Below are positions 31,082 to 41,812 of a DNA stretch of 64,000 nt, in pieces; position 1 is the first letter of the stretch; each line of letters opens with the position of its first letter. A program made the translations under genes and the position numbers. A model generated the notes under the pieces. It saw only the letters and a program-made list of their open reading frames with translations, ran no database searches and was not told the origin of the DNA. The DNA is from Armatimonadota bacterium (GTDB lineage Bacteria; Armatimonadota; Fimbriimonadia; Fimbriimonadales; Fimbriimonadaceae): NCBI GenBank assembly GCA_031400935.1, contig JANNQV010000058.1, positions 1-64,000 of the forward strand, read 5' to 3'.

Positions 31082-31552
31082 TCATAGTGCGCCTAAATCC
31101 GTCTCCTGCCATTCATAATTGGCTGGCATTACAAACCCATTAGACTGATTGTCGGCAGAAACTATAGCCGAACCAATCAATTCATGACTTCGATCTGCAG
31201 AAATGTGCGCTTGCATCAATGATGCTTCAACACTGTAGGATTGTATCGAACCTACACCATCATTCCGCGGAACAATTAAAGCAAATGCCAAAGCGGCGCC
31301 AACAGCCACGCCAGCCATCGGACGCCAAACAAAATTGATCCTCTTTCGCGTGGAACTCACTTTCGCGGACTCTTGAAGCAATTTTTCATTCAGCTGGCTT
31401 CTCCAAGCCAAGCTAACATCCTCAACGGGAATTTGCTTGACTGCTTGGGCAACAAACTGCTGTCCCTTTTCGTTCAGGGCGAGATCAAAATTCGCTTCTT
31501 TGATCGGGTCCACAATTTCTCTATTCTGCATTTTCTTCATAAAACTAAACAT
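31082..31552 (-). CDS. Putative membrane anti-sigma factor
   Basis: Single TM helix; sits between ECF sigma and the RseB-like gene. Confidence 0.65.
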   Translation of the reverse strand: MFSFMKKMQNREIVDPIKEANFDLALNEKGQQFVAQAVKQIPVEDVSLAWRSQLNEKLLQESAKVSSTRKRINFVWRPMAGVAVGAALAFALIVPRNDGVGSIQSYSVEASLMQAHISADRSHELIGSAIVSADNQSNGFVMPANYEWQETDLGAL

Positions 31553-32171
31553 TTGCGTCACCTCGCATATAGCTGCCAAGAACATTTTGTAAGTGAGTTC
31601 GAGCAAGGAAGAGCCGGCTTTTGACTGTTCCTATTGGAAGGGCAAGTATGTTCGCTATTTCTTCGTAAGACATATCTTCTTTATCGTGCAAAAGGAGCAC
31701 TGACCTTAGTTTTTCGCTCATGGAAGCAATTCCTGCCTCTACGAGCGTCATTAATTCTTCGTCTAAGATCACACCCTCAGGGTTCCATCGGGTATCTGGA
31801 ATATCAAATACTTCGTTTTCCTCGCTCGATGCGTCAATTCGCAATTCCGTGGGGCTCCTATCAACTTTTCGAGAGCGGTCAACGCACAAATTGTAAGCAA
31901 TTCTGAAGAGCCATGTTCGCACGCTGGATCTCCCATCGAATCTGTGAATCGCTTGATACGCGCGAATGAAAGTATCTTGAACCACGTCGGCTGCCTCTTC
32001 GGCATCCGGCACCATCTTTCGAACAAAGCCAAAAACTCTGTTTTGATAAGCGTCAATCAGCTTTGCGAATGCTTCAGGATCCTGCTTTCGCCAACGATCC
32101 AAAAGAGCCGATTCAATTGCCGCGTCCGGAGACTCCAGGCGCTTCAAACTCATCTTTGCGCACAACTCCAT
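31545..32171 (-). CDS. ECF sigma-70 factor
   Basis: DVVQDTFIRAY, TWLFRIAYN, MSYEEIANIL, GTVKSRLFLAR. Confidence 0.95.
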   Translation of the reverse strand: MELCAKMSLKRLESPDAAIESALLDRWRKQDPEAFAKLIDAYQNRVFGFVRKMVPDAEEAADVVQDTFIRAYQAIHRFDGRSSVRTWLFRIAYNLCVDRSRKVDRSPTELRIDASSEENEVFDIPDTRWNPEGVILDEELMTLVEAGIASMSEKLRSVLLLHDKEDMSYEEIANILALPIGTVKSRLFLARTHLQNVLGSYMRGDANV

Positions 32172-32225
32172 AATATGCAGGATATGACGTTTCTACGCAT
32201 CGAATGTTCAAAAAGCTCCCTCTTT

Positions 32226-32385
32226 TTTGGGAGTGCGCGGGCTTGAAAGCGCCGTTTTCGTTTGGATTGGCACAGGTTTCTTCGGATTTGTTCGGATTTG
32301 TGCCGGACAAATCCCGACCTCCGAACCAAACCGAGCTAATCCGGACAAGGTCACAAAAGCGCGTTCAAGCCCGCGCACTCCCAAA
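32226..32385. repeat. Inverted-repeat element (family B)
   Basis: TTTGGGAGTGCGCGGGCTTGA ... TCAAGCCCGCGCACTCCCAAA; second copy at 44611-44724. Confidence 0.85.
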
Positions 32386-32898
32386 CTACAGTCGTACGCC
32401 AATCGCAAGAGTAAAGCCGTTCATTCGATCTTCGCCGTTGCCCATAAACTTCAGTTCTGCAAAAAGCGGAGACTTGCCACGTTGGAAATCGTATCCAAAC
32501 CCGAATTGATAAGCAAGCTCAACGCTTTCGTCTATTTCGGTTATCTGGCCAACAGGGCGAGGGATATTGATGAGTGCTGCACCCACCCCGGCAAACCAGT
32601 AGTAGTCATTCTTCCGCGTAACGTAATTGATGGTTGCTGGAATCGTTGAGAAATCGCCGCTTCCAGCAAAGTCAATTGAAATGCTAATGTACTGACCTTG
32701 ATCCTTTGTGTATTTCAGATCTCGGATTTTGAAATCAACACCGCCGGAAACCCAACCTTCACCTTGTGTTCGGGCGGCGCGGCCTTGGGGCTTGAAAGTT
32801 CCAAGTCTCAAAGAAACGCCTAGCGGACGCACTTCTTGAGCCATCGCCCAACTAGTCAAAAACGCGGCACCAACAAAAATCAATCCAAATCGCTTCAT
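32386..32898 (-). CDS. Outer-membrane beta-barrel protein
   Basis: Signal peptide, amphipathic strands, C-terminal LAIGVRL. Confidence 0.8.
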   Translation of the reverse strand: MKRFGLIFVGAAFLTSWAMAQEVRPLGVSLRLGTFKPQGRAARTQGEGWVSGGVDFKIRDLKYTKDQGQYISISIDFAGSGDFSTIPATINYVTRKNDYYWFAGVGAALINIPRPVGQITEIDESVELAYQFGFGYDFQRGKSPLFAELKFMGNGEDRMNGFTLAIGVRL

Positions 32899-32972
32899 AA
32901 ATTCCTCAATCGCTCCGTTATTAGCTTCGGAGACTCTCTTCAACTATAGACGGATTTTGGGGTTGTTCGCCG

Positions 32973-34094
32973 CTAAGATTTCGCAGACTCTCGTATGATT
33001 TGGATAACGAGTTCGGTTGTTCTGACCAAATCTTGACGCGAGATGAATTCGTCGTGCGTATGAATCTTCTCCATGCCTGTTGCGACGACAATGCAAGAAA
33101 GCCCTTTCGCATTGTAGATGTTTGCGTCGCTTCCGCCGAGGGTTGTTCTCAAATCTCCTGAGTACCCCAGACTCCTAGCTGCATTTTGCGCTGTGAGGAT
33201 TACCCTTGAATCTGGTGCAACGTCGTAGGATTCATAGTGCCGATGATGCTCAATTCTGGCTTGTGCTCCCCAACGGGTTGCCGCCGCCTCGACTTCAACA
33301 ATCATGTGATCAATTTGTGCGTCGAGTTCGGCAACTGATGTGCTTCGCGCTTCAGCTTTGAAAGTGACCTCGGGGCAAACGACATTTGTTGTCAATCCGC
33401 CTGAAATGACTCCGATATTTGCCGTTGTTTCCGGCCCGATTCTTCCCAATTTCATGTGATGAATCGCATCTGCGGCAACTTGAATTGCAGAAATACCCTT
33501 CTCCGGGTCTTTGCCAGCATGAGCAGGCTTGCCAATGATCGTCACTTCGAGTTTGTCGTGCGTTGCTGTTCGATTCACAAACGTTCCGACTGGCGGTCCG
33601 GTATCCAGAACATAGCCGAAGTCGAGGTTTAATCCCTCTATCTCAATGGCTCCTGCTCCTAAAAGACCGATTTCTTCGGCACAGCTGAACAGTAAAACCA
33701 CATCTCCATGCGGTTCCCCAGACTCTAAGAAGAACTGCACAGCTTCAATTGCTGGAGCCATTCCGCCTTTGTCGTCGGCTCCCAAAATGGTATCGGATGC
33801 ACTAACAAATACGCCGTCCTTTTCCTCGATTACAAGTCCCATTGTTGGTTCGACGGTGTCGAAATGCGCAGAGAGAAAGATTCGTGGAGCACCGGGGACA
33901 TTGCCTTTAAGTGTTGCGATCAGATTGTTTGCGTTGCCCCCAATCTTTTTGCCGCCTTCGTCCTCAACAACGTCCAATCCCATACTCTCCAAATAGGCTT
34001 TGGTCCATGCGACAACTTCTCTTTCCTGCAAGGATGGTGCATCTATTAGGCAGAGGTTTTTGAAAAGTTCAATCAGTCGGGGTTCGGAAACCAT
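32973..34094 (-). CDS. M20 family peptidase T-like metallohydrolase
   Basis: SAHFDTV, LGADDKGG, EEIGLLG, GGSDAN, IHTHDE. Confidence 0.93.
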   Translation of the reverse strand: MVSEPRLIELFKNLCLIDAPSLQEREVVAWTKAYLESMGLDVVEDEGGKKIGGNANNLIATLKGNVPGAPRIFLSAHFDTVEPTMGLVIEEKDGVFVSASDTILGADDKGGMAPAIEAVQFFLESGEPHGDVVLLFSCAEEIGLLGAGAIEIEGLNLDFGYVLDTGPPVGTFVNRTATHDKLEVTIIGKPAHAGKDPEKGISAIQVAADAIHHMKLGRIGPETTANIGVISGGLTTNVVCPEVTFKAEARSTSVAELDAQIDHMIVEVEAAATRWGAQARIEHHRHYESYDVAPDSRVILTAQNAARSLGYSGDLRTTLGGSDANIYNAKGLSCIVVATGMEKIHTHDEFISRQDLVRTTELVIQIIRESAKS

Positions 34095-34117
34095 GAATGG
34101 AATTTACCACTCTTGAT

Positions 34118-34290
34118 CGTTGTTGGTTATTGGTTTTTGGTTGCTGGGTTTATGGGACAAACGGGACTTGAGGGACATAAGAGACAAAATTATCCCAATC
34201 AAACTTGGAGAGACCCATCAACCGACAACTCATAACCAATAACCAATAACCAACAACCAACCACCAACAACCATTAACCGACAACTACAA
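34118..34290. repeat. Inverted heptamer/nonamer tandem repeats
   Basis: gttgttg/gttattg/gtttttg arm, gggac nonamers, then aaccaat/aaccaac arm. Confidence 0.7.
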
Positions 34291-34311
34291 GGATTCCGGT
34301 ATTCTCCCCCC

Positions 34312-34650
34312 ATGGGAAGTCACCGCATCGTCGTCAAAGACCGAACCGAATTCACCGCAGAAACCGGCACCAAATTAGCATACGAAATTGAAAAGAACGG
34401 CGTGGACATCAGCCACCGATGCGGCGGAAACGCTCGATGCACAACTTGCCGCGTGAAGTTTTACTCAGAAGAGCCTCCGATGAACCAAAAGGAACATGAC
34501 AGTTTGGAAGAAGATGGCGTTCTTGGAGAATTTCGACTCAGTTGCCAGATTCCCATTGACCGAGATATGGAAGTCGAAGTCTTGAAGCCGGTTTCGACAG
34601 CCGACTGGGACAATCCGGGAACTGACCTAGAACCTGGTTTCGAAGCATAG
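34312..34650 (+). CDS. 2Fe-2S ferredoxin
   Basis: CGGNARCTTC and RLSCQ. Confidence 0.93.
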   Translation: MGSHRIVVKDRTEFTAETGTKLAYEIEKNGVDISHRCGGNARCTTCRVKFYSEEPPMNQKEHDSLEEDGVLGEFRLSCQIPIDRDMEVEVLKPVSTADWDNPGTDLEPGFEA

Positions 34651-34665
34651 CGTATCCTAACTATT

Positions 34666-35205
34666 ATGTTCTGGTTAGCAGGAATTGTTGTTTTAGGGGC
34701 TGGAGGTGGATTCGCGATCTACAACGGTCTTGTGACGCTTCGAAATATGGTTCGCAATGCATGGGCGGATGTGGACGTTCAGCTGAAACGTCGTGCCGAA
34801 CTCATTCCAAATCTGGTCACATGCGTTAAGGGTTACGCCAGTCATGAGGAATCCGTGCTGACTGCCGTTGCCGAGGCCCGTACCCTGGCATTGGCGCAAT
34901 CTGGCGCTACACCGAGTAAGGCTGATGCCGAGCAGAATCTACGGCAAGCCGTATTCAAAGTGCAAATGCTTGCAGAAGCGTATCCTGAGCTCAAAGCAGG
35001 CGAAAATTTCCAAAGGCTTCAGAATGAACTGACTGAAGTGGAGCGAACAATCGCGTCAGCGAGACAGTATTACAATGCCTGCGTTCGTGACTACAACACC
35101 AAGCGCGAGGCATTTCCAAATAGCTTCTTCTCGAGCGGTTTCAAAGAGGAGATGTACTTTGAACTTGAAGATTCGGCTCAAGCTCAGGTTCCGGTTGTTA
35201 GTTAG
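34666..35205 (+). CDS. lemA: LemA family protein
   Basis: YNGLV, AWADVDVQLKRRAELIPNLV, EAYPELKA, ARQYYN. Confidence 0.95.
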   Translation: MFWLAGIVVLGAGGGFAIYNGLVTLRNMVRNAWADVDVQLKRRAELIPNLVTCVKGYASHEESVLTAVAEARTLALAQSGATPSKADAEQNLRQAVFKVQMLAEAYPELKAGENFQRLQNELTEVERTIASARQYYNACVRDYNTKREAFPNSFFSSGFKEEMYFELEDSAQAQVPVVS

Positions 35206-35357
35206 AGCGGGAATCGTTCTGCTTGATCGTTTTGCGCTTTGTTTTTGTAGCTATGTCCAATAAGTCCTATCCATCCCATTAGTCAAATTTGTTCATTAAC
35301 AGATTGATAAGCGGTTCCAACCCAGAAATTCAAAATACGCCATAATTGAGCCTGCGC

Positions 35358-35445
35358 GGAGTGGTGTCCGAGTGGTCGAAGGAGCGCGACTGGAAATCGC
35401 GTATAGGGCAACCTATCGTGGGTTCGAATCCCACCTACTCCGCCA
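35358..35445 (+). tRNA. tRNA-Ser(GGA)
   Basis: GGAGTGG acceptor, CGCGA-CTGGAAA-TCGCG anticodon arm, long variable arm, GTTCGAATC, encoded CCA. Confidence 0.95.
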
Positions 35446-35483
35446 TGATTCTCCTTTGATTCGACCACAGGAAGCTCCTCTCG

Positions 35484-35879
35484 ATGGTGAAACCAACTTC
35501 AGAAGAAATCGCCCAAAGAGACTCCATATTTTCGAGAGTCATTGAGGCAATAAAGTCTGAGGTGACAATCAAACTCCCTCCGTTTGATTCTGTATTCTCT
35601 AAATCGTCTGAGTCAGCTCTGCTTTCGATTGTAAACGAGCCGAATCCGTTTTGCGGCTTCATCGGCGAATTTGCGTATCAATTTGAAGGGGAAGAAGACC
35701 TCTTGCACGTTTTTGTCGTGCGAACGGACGGCATGGAAATTTCAGTTGAAGATGCTCAGTGGGTAGTGGCATTTGCACTTCCAAATGTTCCGGCTGCATT
35801 CTTCTTTGTGAAGCCTGGAGCCTTTTCCCAGCATTTCTACATCGGGCATGATTTTTTGTTGGAGTACTGCGAAAGCTAA
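35484..35879 (+). CDS. Hypothetical protein
   Basis: 131-aa ORF filling the gap between the tRNA and recR. Confidence 0.6.
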   Translation: MVKPTSEEIAQRDSIFSRVIEAIKSEVTIKLPPFDSVFSKSSESALLSIVNEPNPFCGFIGEFAYQFEGEEDLLHVFVVRTDGMEISVEDAQWVVAFALPNVPAAFFFVKPGAFSQHFYIGHDFLLEYCES

Positions 35880-35902
35880 TTGGCCAAAAGAGCCGCATCC
35901 AA

Positions 35903-36493
35903 TTACATTTCGCGTCGGTAATTCAAGGCACTTAGCAACGTTGCCGAATCGGCATAGTCCAGTTCGCCCCCTACGGGCATGCCATGCGCAAGCCGGGTCA
36001 CTTTGATATCGAGAGGCTTTAGAACTTTCGCCATATAAAGAGCTGTTGCATCGCCCTCGATCGTGGGATTTGTAGCCAAAATCACCTCTGAAACTCCATC
36101 GAGCCTTGCCAATAATTCACGCACACGCAACTGCTCCGGCCCGACACCATCCATCGGATTCAACAGTCCATGAAGGACATGATACAGTCCCTTGTATTCA
36201 TGGATTCTTTCCATCGCCGTGATATCTCTAGGCTCTGCGACGATGCAAAGCTGAGTCCGATTTCGACGAGTGTCTTTACAGATTTCACAAAGTTCGTGTT
36301 CTGAAAAGCTTTGGCAATTCGAGCAAAAACGAAGTCTTTGCTTTGCTACAACGATGGAATTGGCAAGCCGATCGGTTTGCTCGACCGGAACACGAAGCAA
36401 GTGGTACGCGAGCCTTTGCGCCGATTTTGGGCCAACGCCTGGCAATCGTTCGAGTTCGGCAATTAAATCGCCCAGCGGCTTAGGAAGAAGCAT
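35903..36493 (-). CDS. recR: Recombination protein RecR
   Basis: LPGVGPKSAQRLA, C4 zinc finger, EVILATNPTIEGDAT, GGELDYAD. Confidence 0.97.
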   Translation of the reverse strand: MLLPKPLGDLIAELERLPGVGPKSAQRLAYHLLRVPVEQTDRLANSIVVAKQRLRFCSNCQSFSEHELCEICKDTRRNRTQLCIVAEPRDITAMERIHEYKGLYHVLHGLLNPMDGVGPEQLRVRELLARLDGVSEVILATNPTIEGDATALYMAKVLKPLDIKVTRLAHGMPVGGELDYADSATLLSALNYRREM

Positions 36494-36828
36494 TAACTCG
36501 TGATGCCCGGAATGTTGGGAAGATTGGGCATGATCTCGTTCATCTTGTCGGTTCGCAGCTCGGTCGCCCGATCGTATCCATCGCGAATCACACTAGAAAT
36601 CAAGTCTTCGAGCATTTCCACATCCTTCGGATCAACGACTGAAGGATCAATCTTCAATTTGGCAAGTTCGCCCTTGCCATTGAAGGTTGCTTTTACCGGC
36701 CCTTTGTCCACGACGATCTTCTCAGCGGCAAGCTCGTTATCAAGATTCTGGGCTCGAGCCATAGCGCCTTTCATTTGGCCCAATGCCCCGCCAAATCCTT
36801 GACCGCCGAATCCCTTTGGTAATTTCAT
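36493..36828 (-). CDS. ybaB: YbaB/EbfC nucleoid-associated protein
   Basis: KIDPSVVDPKDVEMLEDLI; dnaX-ybaB-recR synteny. Confidence 0.93.
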   Translation of the reverse strand: MKLPKGFGGQGFGGALGQMKGAMARAQNLDNELAAEKIVVDKGPVKATFNGKGELAKLKIDPSVVDPKDVEMLEDLISSVIRDGYDRATELRTDKMNEIMPNLPNIPGITS

Positions 36829-38480
36829 GATTCAAATTCTCCGGATGTTCCCTTTGCAACTGTCTCGCTTACTTGATCGTGCAAAGACTTTCCTGTCAAG
36901 GGCAATTCTACCGCCGCAGGTTCTTCTTCGGCCTTGCCATTTGCTTCAAAAGTAAAAACTAGAGTCCATTCTGCACCACCAGCACTTCGAAGCGCTGCTA
37001 GAATTGCTGCCCTCTTCTGTGGTGCCGTTGGACTCGCGACCACGTAGTCGTGTTCGATCCGCCTATCAAAAGCTATGGTAAGCGAATTGGCTTCAAACGT
37101 TTTGACCTTCGTGCTTTGCAGTTTGGCGCATAGGGTCTTTGAAGTCGCTTCAACTGCCTTGACTGAGGCACGCCAAATTCGTGTCGGCTCTTTCAGGTCT
37201 TCAGGCAAATCGTCAAGTAGTTCGGGTTCGGCTGAGTACTCTATTGGCGTTTCCACTACTGCGGCATTTTGTCGGATTTGTGGTTCAACCGCAGGTTTCG
37301 CTGACCCGTTCGAAGTTTTGGGCTGTTCTTGCTTTGGAGGTGCAGTTTCTGCGACAACTGGCCTAGCTTCACGCTTTGGCTCTGCAATAGCAACTGGCTG
37401 ATTTAGTTTTTTCGCAATCCGAATGAGCTCAGATTCCAGCCAAAGCCTCGGCAATGTGACTTCTCTAATTGCTCGAAGACTCGTCGCAATTTCGGCTCGA
37501 ATTTCCAGGAGTGCGTCAACGCCAATCCTCATCGCAGCTTCGTGCACGGTCGCGTTTTGTTGAGCATCGAAACCGGTTTCCATTCCGTATGCAGCCCGCA
37601 TGAGGTCAGCAATGCGCCATAGAATAGATTCAATAATGACCTTTGGGTCACGGCCCTGCTGGTAGGCATCGTGAAGAACTTGCAACAGATTTGGGATGTC
37701 GGCAGTTCGCAATGACACCAGAACTTGGTCAATCCGATCGTCAGAGACCATCCCAAGCTGGTCATAAACTTCTTGGAGCGTCACTGTGCCTTCCGTAGTT
37801 AGCAAAGCTTGCTCAAGGAACGTCAAGGCGTCTCGATAGCCACCGTCAGCTAAACGAGCAATGACTTGAATCGCAGCGGGATCAATTTTCGCGTTTTCGC
37901 TTGTTGCTACAAACTGGAGCCGAGAAGCAAGATCGGCCACGCTTCCCCTATGAAATTCATACTTTTGGCAACGGCTGCGAATTGTCGGCGGGACTTTGTT
38001 GTATTCCGTTGTTGCAAGAACGAAAACTAGATACTCCGGAGGTTCTTCTATTGTCTTTAACAATGCGTCAAAAGCCTTGGGAGACAGGTCGTGAACTTCG
38101 TCCAGGATGAAGACCTTGTAACGGCAATATCCCGGCGCATATTGCGACGCTTCTACAATTTTTTCGCGAACGTCGTCAACCCCGCTATCGCTGGCGGCGT
38201 CCATTTCAACTACGTCAAAACATTGGCCGACTGTGATTGATTGGCAAGTTGAGCACACATTGCACGGTTCTGCTGATACGCCAGCTTCACAGTTCAGCGC
38301 CTTAGCAAGCAAACGCGCAGTCGAAGTTTTTCCGGTCCCTCTTGGCCCTGTAAAAAGATAGGCATGGACAAATTTGCCCGTCGCGAGAGAGTTCTGCAGT
38401 GTACGAACGATGTGCCCTTGTCCAACGAGGTCTCCAAAGGTCTGGCTGCGATATTTTCGGTAGAGCGAGATATTGGACAA
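36825..38480 (-). CDS. dnaX: DNA polymerase III subunit gamma/tau
   Basis: LYRKYR, HAYLFTGPRGTGKTS, EMDAAS, ILDEVH, LLKTIEEPP, SRCQ. Confidence 0.97.
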   Translation of the reverse strand: MSNISLYRKYRSQTFGDLVGQGHIVRTLQNSLATGKFVHAYLFTGPRGTGKTSTARLLAKALNCEAGVSAEPCNVCSTCQSITVGQCFDVVEMDAASDSGVDDVREKIVEASQYAPGYCRYKVFILDEVHDLSPKAFDALLKTIEEPPEYLVFVLATTEYNKVPPTIRSRCQKYEFHRGSVADLASRLQFVATSENAKIDPAAIQVIARLADGGYRDALTFLEQALLTTEGTVTLQEVYDQLGMVSDDRIDQVLVSLRTADIPNLLQVLHDAYQQGRDPKVIIESILWRIADLMRAAYGMETGFDAQQNATVHEAAMRIGVDALLEIRAEIATSLRAIREVTLPRLWLESELIRIAKKLNQPVAIAEPKREARPVVAETAPPKQEQPKTSNGSAKPAVEPQIRQNAAVVETPIEYSAEPELLDDLPEDLKEPTRIWRASVKAVEATSKTLCAKLQSTKVKTFEANSLTIAFDRRIEHDYVVASPTAPQKRAAILAALRSAGGAEWTLVFTFEANGKAEEEPAAVELPLTGKSLHDQVSETVAKGTSGEFES

Positions 38481-38496
38481 AGGGGAGTACTCCAGA

Positions 38497-38592
38497 CGCC
38501 GGGAAACATGCATCGCACAGCGGTTCGATTTACCGTTGCTACCTTCCGGTCCTGGCGGAGTTCACCGGCCTACTGCCGCGCAGTTCCCGGCG
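38497..38592 (-). ncRNA. ffs: Signal recognition particle RNA (4.5S)
   Basis: Minus strand contains CAGGACCGGAAGGTAGCA inside a long hairpin closed by CGCCGGGAA/TTCCCGGCG; upstream of dnaX. Confidence 0.92.
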
Positions 38593-38645
38593 ATCTGCTT
38601 ATTGTAGCAGACCGCCGGGGGCGCCTGGATCAGCGAATTGACATC

Positions 38646-40079
38646 CTATCCTGCTATTGGATTGGCCCTTGGCTTGCTATTGACGGGAGTCTTGGGCTTT
38701 ACTTCAGGCTTCTTCTCTTGGGTTCTCAGATTTGGAACCACGATCATCTCATCCGAACCGCTTACTTCGGTCGAAGATTGCAAAAAGTTCTTAGTCATTA
38801 CGACAGGTACTTCGTCCCTGTACTTGCCTCGTCTCAATAGTTGGTCACGGGTCAGTTTCATTTGTGCAAAGATCACTCGTTGCCCCGGACGAACCTCGGT
38901 GTTTAGAAAGTTTGAATCCGCGATGCCTTCGCCATTGAAACCAAATTTGTCTTGCATGTGGGCAGCCGCACTTCTCGGATTGTAGTAGTACTCCACGATA
39001 TAATCATCGCCCGTAAACGGATAAATCGTTGGATCCCTTCCCATGTCAATTTTCTTGTTGAATCTACGATTCTTTATATAAAATTGATCTTGCATGTATG
39101 TTAGGTTTGCATCTGGGTCCATGACGATTTCATCGCCCCAGTCCCAATCGGCTCCGCCTGGAATCGAATGAGGGAAATTCGCATCTTTAAGAATTACGCG
39201 AATTCGAGTGCCGACTGGCAACACGTTCCAAGTACCTTCAAACCGAATAACCTTGGGCTCTTCGACAGTTAGTTTTACGCTGTAGCCAACATCGTATGGG
39301 GGTCTAACATCATACGGGCCAGTTTCAAAAGAGCCGTCTTTGCGCTCTTGTGCGAAATAGCCTCGCTGAATCATTCGGACAATCAAAGTATCAAGATTGT
39401 TCTCGATAGTATCCCGGATTTGACGCGCTTGAAATACGTCGTCCTTCGTAAACCTGGACTGAGCTTCATCAAACAACTTGTAATACAGTTCGAGTGATTT
39501 GTCAACTTGCCCGCTCCGCTGATAAGCGTTTGCCAAGAGGTTATGCCGCGCTTGAAGCATGTCCTTTCGCTTTGCTGCTTCTTCAAAGTAGTTTACGGCT
39601 CGATCGTATTGATCATCAATCTTGTGGTACCAAAGCCATCCTGTTTCAAAAAACATCTCGTATGTGTTTGGATTCTGCTTCGCGCCTTCTTTGCCAAGCG
39701 CAATCGCAGCTGGCAAATACCTTCGATCTGAACGTGACTCTTCGTCAGTAAAGTTATAGCCGATGTGCCACATACCCGTTGCGTAAACGTCCAACTGGTG
39801 CGGGTCAAGCCAAGTTACAAGTCGAATCAACGGGAGTACGGCATCATAGTTACCCGAATCAAAGAACGAGTCCGCCCGAACCCAAAGGATTCCTGCAACG
39901 AGTTCTCTAAAACCTGCCATTGCAGCCAATAGCTGCGAAGGGTCAAGACCTACAGCAATGCCAGTTGATTTCGGCATATCGTACTTTTTCCAAGTGGGAT
40001 AGACCGCAACTCTGTGCATCGCACCTTGCGCTATAAAGCAGATTAGCAGTCCAATTAGCCAATTTCGTCGTCCTTTCAT
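38646..40079 (-). CDS. Membrane-anchored TPR-containing protein
   Basis: N-terminal TM helix, LWVRADSFF, TPR-like helices. Confidence 0.75.
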   Translation of the reverse strand: MKGRRNWLIGLLICFIAQGAMHRVAVYPTWKKYDMPKSTGIAVGLDPSQLLAAMAGFRELVAGILWVRADSFFDSGNYDAVLPLIRLVTWLDPHQLDVYATGMWHIGYNFTDEESRSDRRYLPAAIALGKEGAKQNPNTYEMFFETGWLWYHKIDDQYDRAVNYFEEAAKRKDMLQARHNLLANAYQRSGQVDKSLELYYKLFDEAQSRFTKDDVFQARQIRDTIENNLDTLIVRMIQRGYFAQERKDGSFETGPYDVRPPYDVGYSVKLTVEEPKVIRFEGTWNVLPVGTRIRVILKDANFPHSIPGGADWDWGDEIVMDPDANLTYMQDQFYIKNRRFNKKIDMGRDPTIYPFTGDDYIVEYYYNPRSAAAHMQDKFGFNGEGIADSNFLNTEVRPGQRVIFAQMKLTRDQLLRRGKYRDEVPVVMTKNFLQSSTEVSGSDEMIVVPNLRTQEKKPEVKPKTPVNSKPRANPIAG

Positions 40080-40082
40080 GGC

Positions 40083-40874
40083 TTAAACCTCTCTTCGATC
40101 GAATACCAATATGCCGGCAATCAATAGAACTGCAATGTAAATCAAACCATAAACCGTTAGGTTCATATAGTGCACCATTGGGTTCTGAATCACGCTTTCC
40201 GGGTTGATGATTCTATTTTGAATATTGAAATCTGCAAAGTTGGGCAACATCGCATTGACCAGCCATGCTGCATTCTTCGCAAATCCTGACATATTTGGAT
40301 TTGACGCCATTGTTTCAAACATTGGATTGAATAGCGAACCCATCATGTAGATGCCGCCAGTCAAAAAGAAATTGACGAGCGGTGACACAAATGTTGAGAA
40401 GAAGATTCCAACAGCCGCGAGCAAACTCATCTGAATGAAAAACATTGCGGGGCCTTGGACAAGTTCGCTAAGCCGGTTAACGTCTCGAACTTGAACCTGA
40501 ATTACAAACATCAGAAGCATCACGACAGTCATCAGCGACATCATGATTCCAAGTGCCGCGACAGCGCCAAGGTACTTTCCGACAAGAAATTGCCAGCGGA
40601 GCACTGGCTTGCTAAGGATGGTGTAAATCGTCCTTCGTTCAATTTCATTTGGAAGCATATAGACTGTGAGAACGATCGCGATAACAGCGCTTGTAAGCTG
40701 AATGACACCAAGAACGAGCGATTTGAGAACTGTAAGTTCTTGGCGGGCACTAAGAACGCTTAGGCCTGGGGCCGCCATAACAAAGAACAAGCCGACAAGA
40801 AGGATGACAAGCAACACGCGACGGCGAATTGCTTCCCCGACCGTTGTAGAGGCGATGGCCATAATTGCTTTCAT
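40083..40874 (-). CDS. ABC-2 type permease
   Basis: EIERRTIYTILSKPV..WQFLVGKYLG, C-terminal FDRREV. Confidence 0.9.
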   Translation of the reverse strand: MKAIMAIASTTVGEAIRRRVLLVILLVGLFFVMAAPGLSVLSARQELTVLKSLVLGVIQLTSAVIAIVLTVYMLPNEIERRTIYTILSKPVLRWQFLVGKYLGAVAALGIMMSLMTVVMLLMFVIQVQVRDVNRLSELVQGPAMFFIQMSLLAAVGIFFSTFVSPLVNFFLTGGIYMMGSLFNPMFETMASNPNMSGFAKNAAWLVNAMLPNFADFNIQNRIINPESVIQNPMVHYMNLTVYGLIYIAVLLIAGILVFDRREV

Positions 40875-41812
40875 TACGCGGCACCTCCGATAACTTCACC
40901 TTTTTTGGCTTTCACACTTTCAACAAAAATGTCTTCCAATCGCTTTCTCCTAGGAACAATGCTCACGACTTTGCCTTTTGCAGTTCGAATCGCATCGAAA
41001 ATCGCATTTTGATCCCCTTCTTCTGACATGTCTACGATTAATCGTCCTTCGTGAAGCGAGACTGTAGCATCCTTTAGTTTTCCTCGCAAATCGTCGGCAA
41101 GAGCAACCGAAACATCGTCTGCGATGATCTCGATTCGACCACCACGCAGAAGATCGTCTAGTCGCCCTTGCGCTACGATGACGCCATGATTAATGATGGC
41201 AACTCGATCGCAAATTCGTTCGACTTCGCTCAACTCGTGAGACGAAATGAAGACCGTGCGGCCCTCATCGCGAAAAGAAAGAATCAAATTCCTAATTTCC
41301 GTATGAGCGATTGGATCAAGACCAGCCGTTGGCTCATCAAGGAACAATAGCTTTGGATCGTTCAAAAGGCTTTGCGCCAATCCGACTCGCTGCTGCATAC
41401 CCTTTGAGTATTGAGAAATGGACTTGGTCATATCGTTGTGGAGATTGACCTTTTCGAGCAAATCGCGGCACTTGGCTTCATCTTTGATGCCAAAAAGGCT
41501 TGCATAGAACTTGAGAAGTTCTAAGCCAGTCATGTGCTCATAGTAGTAAGGTCTTTCAGGCAAATAGCTGATGACCTTGTGAACCTCAATGTCGCCGATT
41601 TCTTTGCCAAGAACGTAACCTTCTCCCAAAGTGGGATAGATAATGCCGAGCAGCATTTTGATCGTCGTCGTTTTGCCAGCACCATTTGGACCAAGAAAGC
41701 CGAAAATTTCGCCTTCTTCTACCTCTAGGCTCAACGCATCTACTACGTTGACTTGGCCGGCTCTGGTTCGATATGACTTAGTTAATGATTTCGTAACAAT
41801 TGCGGAACCCAA
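40874..41812 (-). CDS. ABC transporter ATP-binding protein
   Basis: GPNGAGKTT, YSKGMQQR, LFLDEPT, SSH. Confidence 0.95.
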   Translation of the reverse strand: MGSAIVTKSLTKSYRTRAGQVNVVDALSLEVEEGEIFGFLGPNGAGKTTTIKMLLGIIYPTLGEGYVLGKEIGDIEVHKVISYLPERPYYYEHMTGLELLKFYASLFGIKDEAKCRDLLEKVNLHNDMTKSISQYSKGMQQRVGLAQSLLNDPKLLFLDEPTAGLDPIAHTEIRNLILSFRDEGRTVFISSHELSEVERICDRVAIINHGVIVAQGRLDDLLRGGRIEIIADDVSVALADDLRGKLKDATVSLHEGRLIVDMSEEGDQNAIFDAIRTAKGKVVSIVPRRKRLEDIFVESVKAKKGEVIGGAA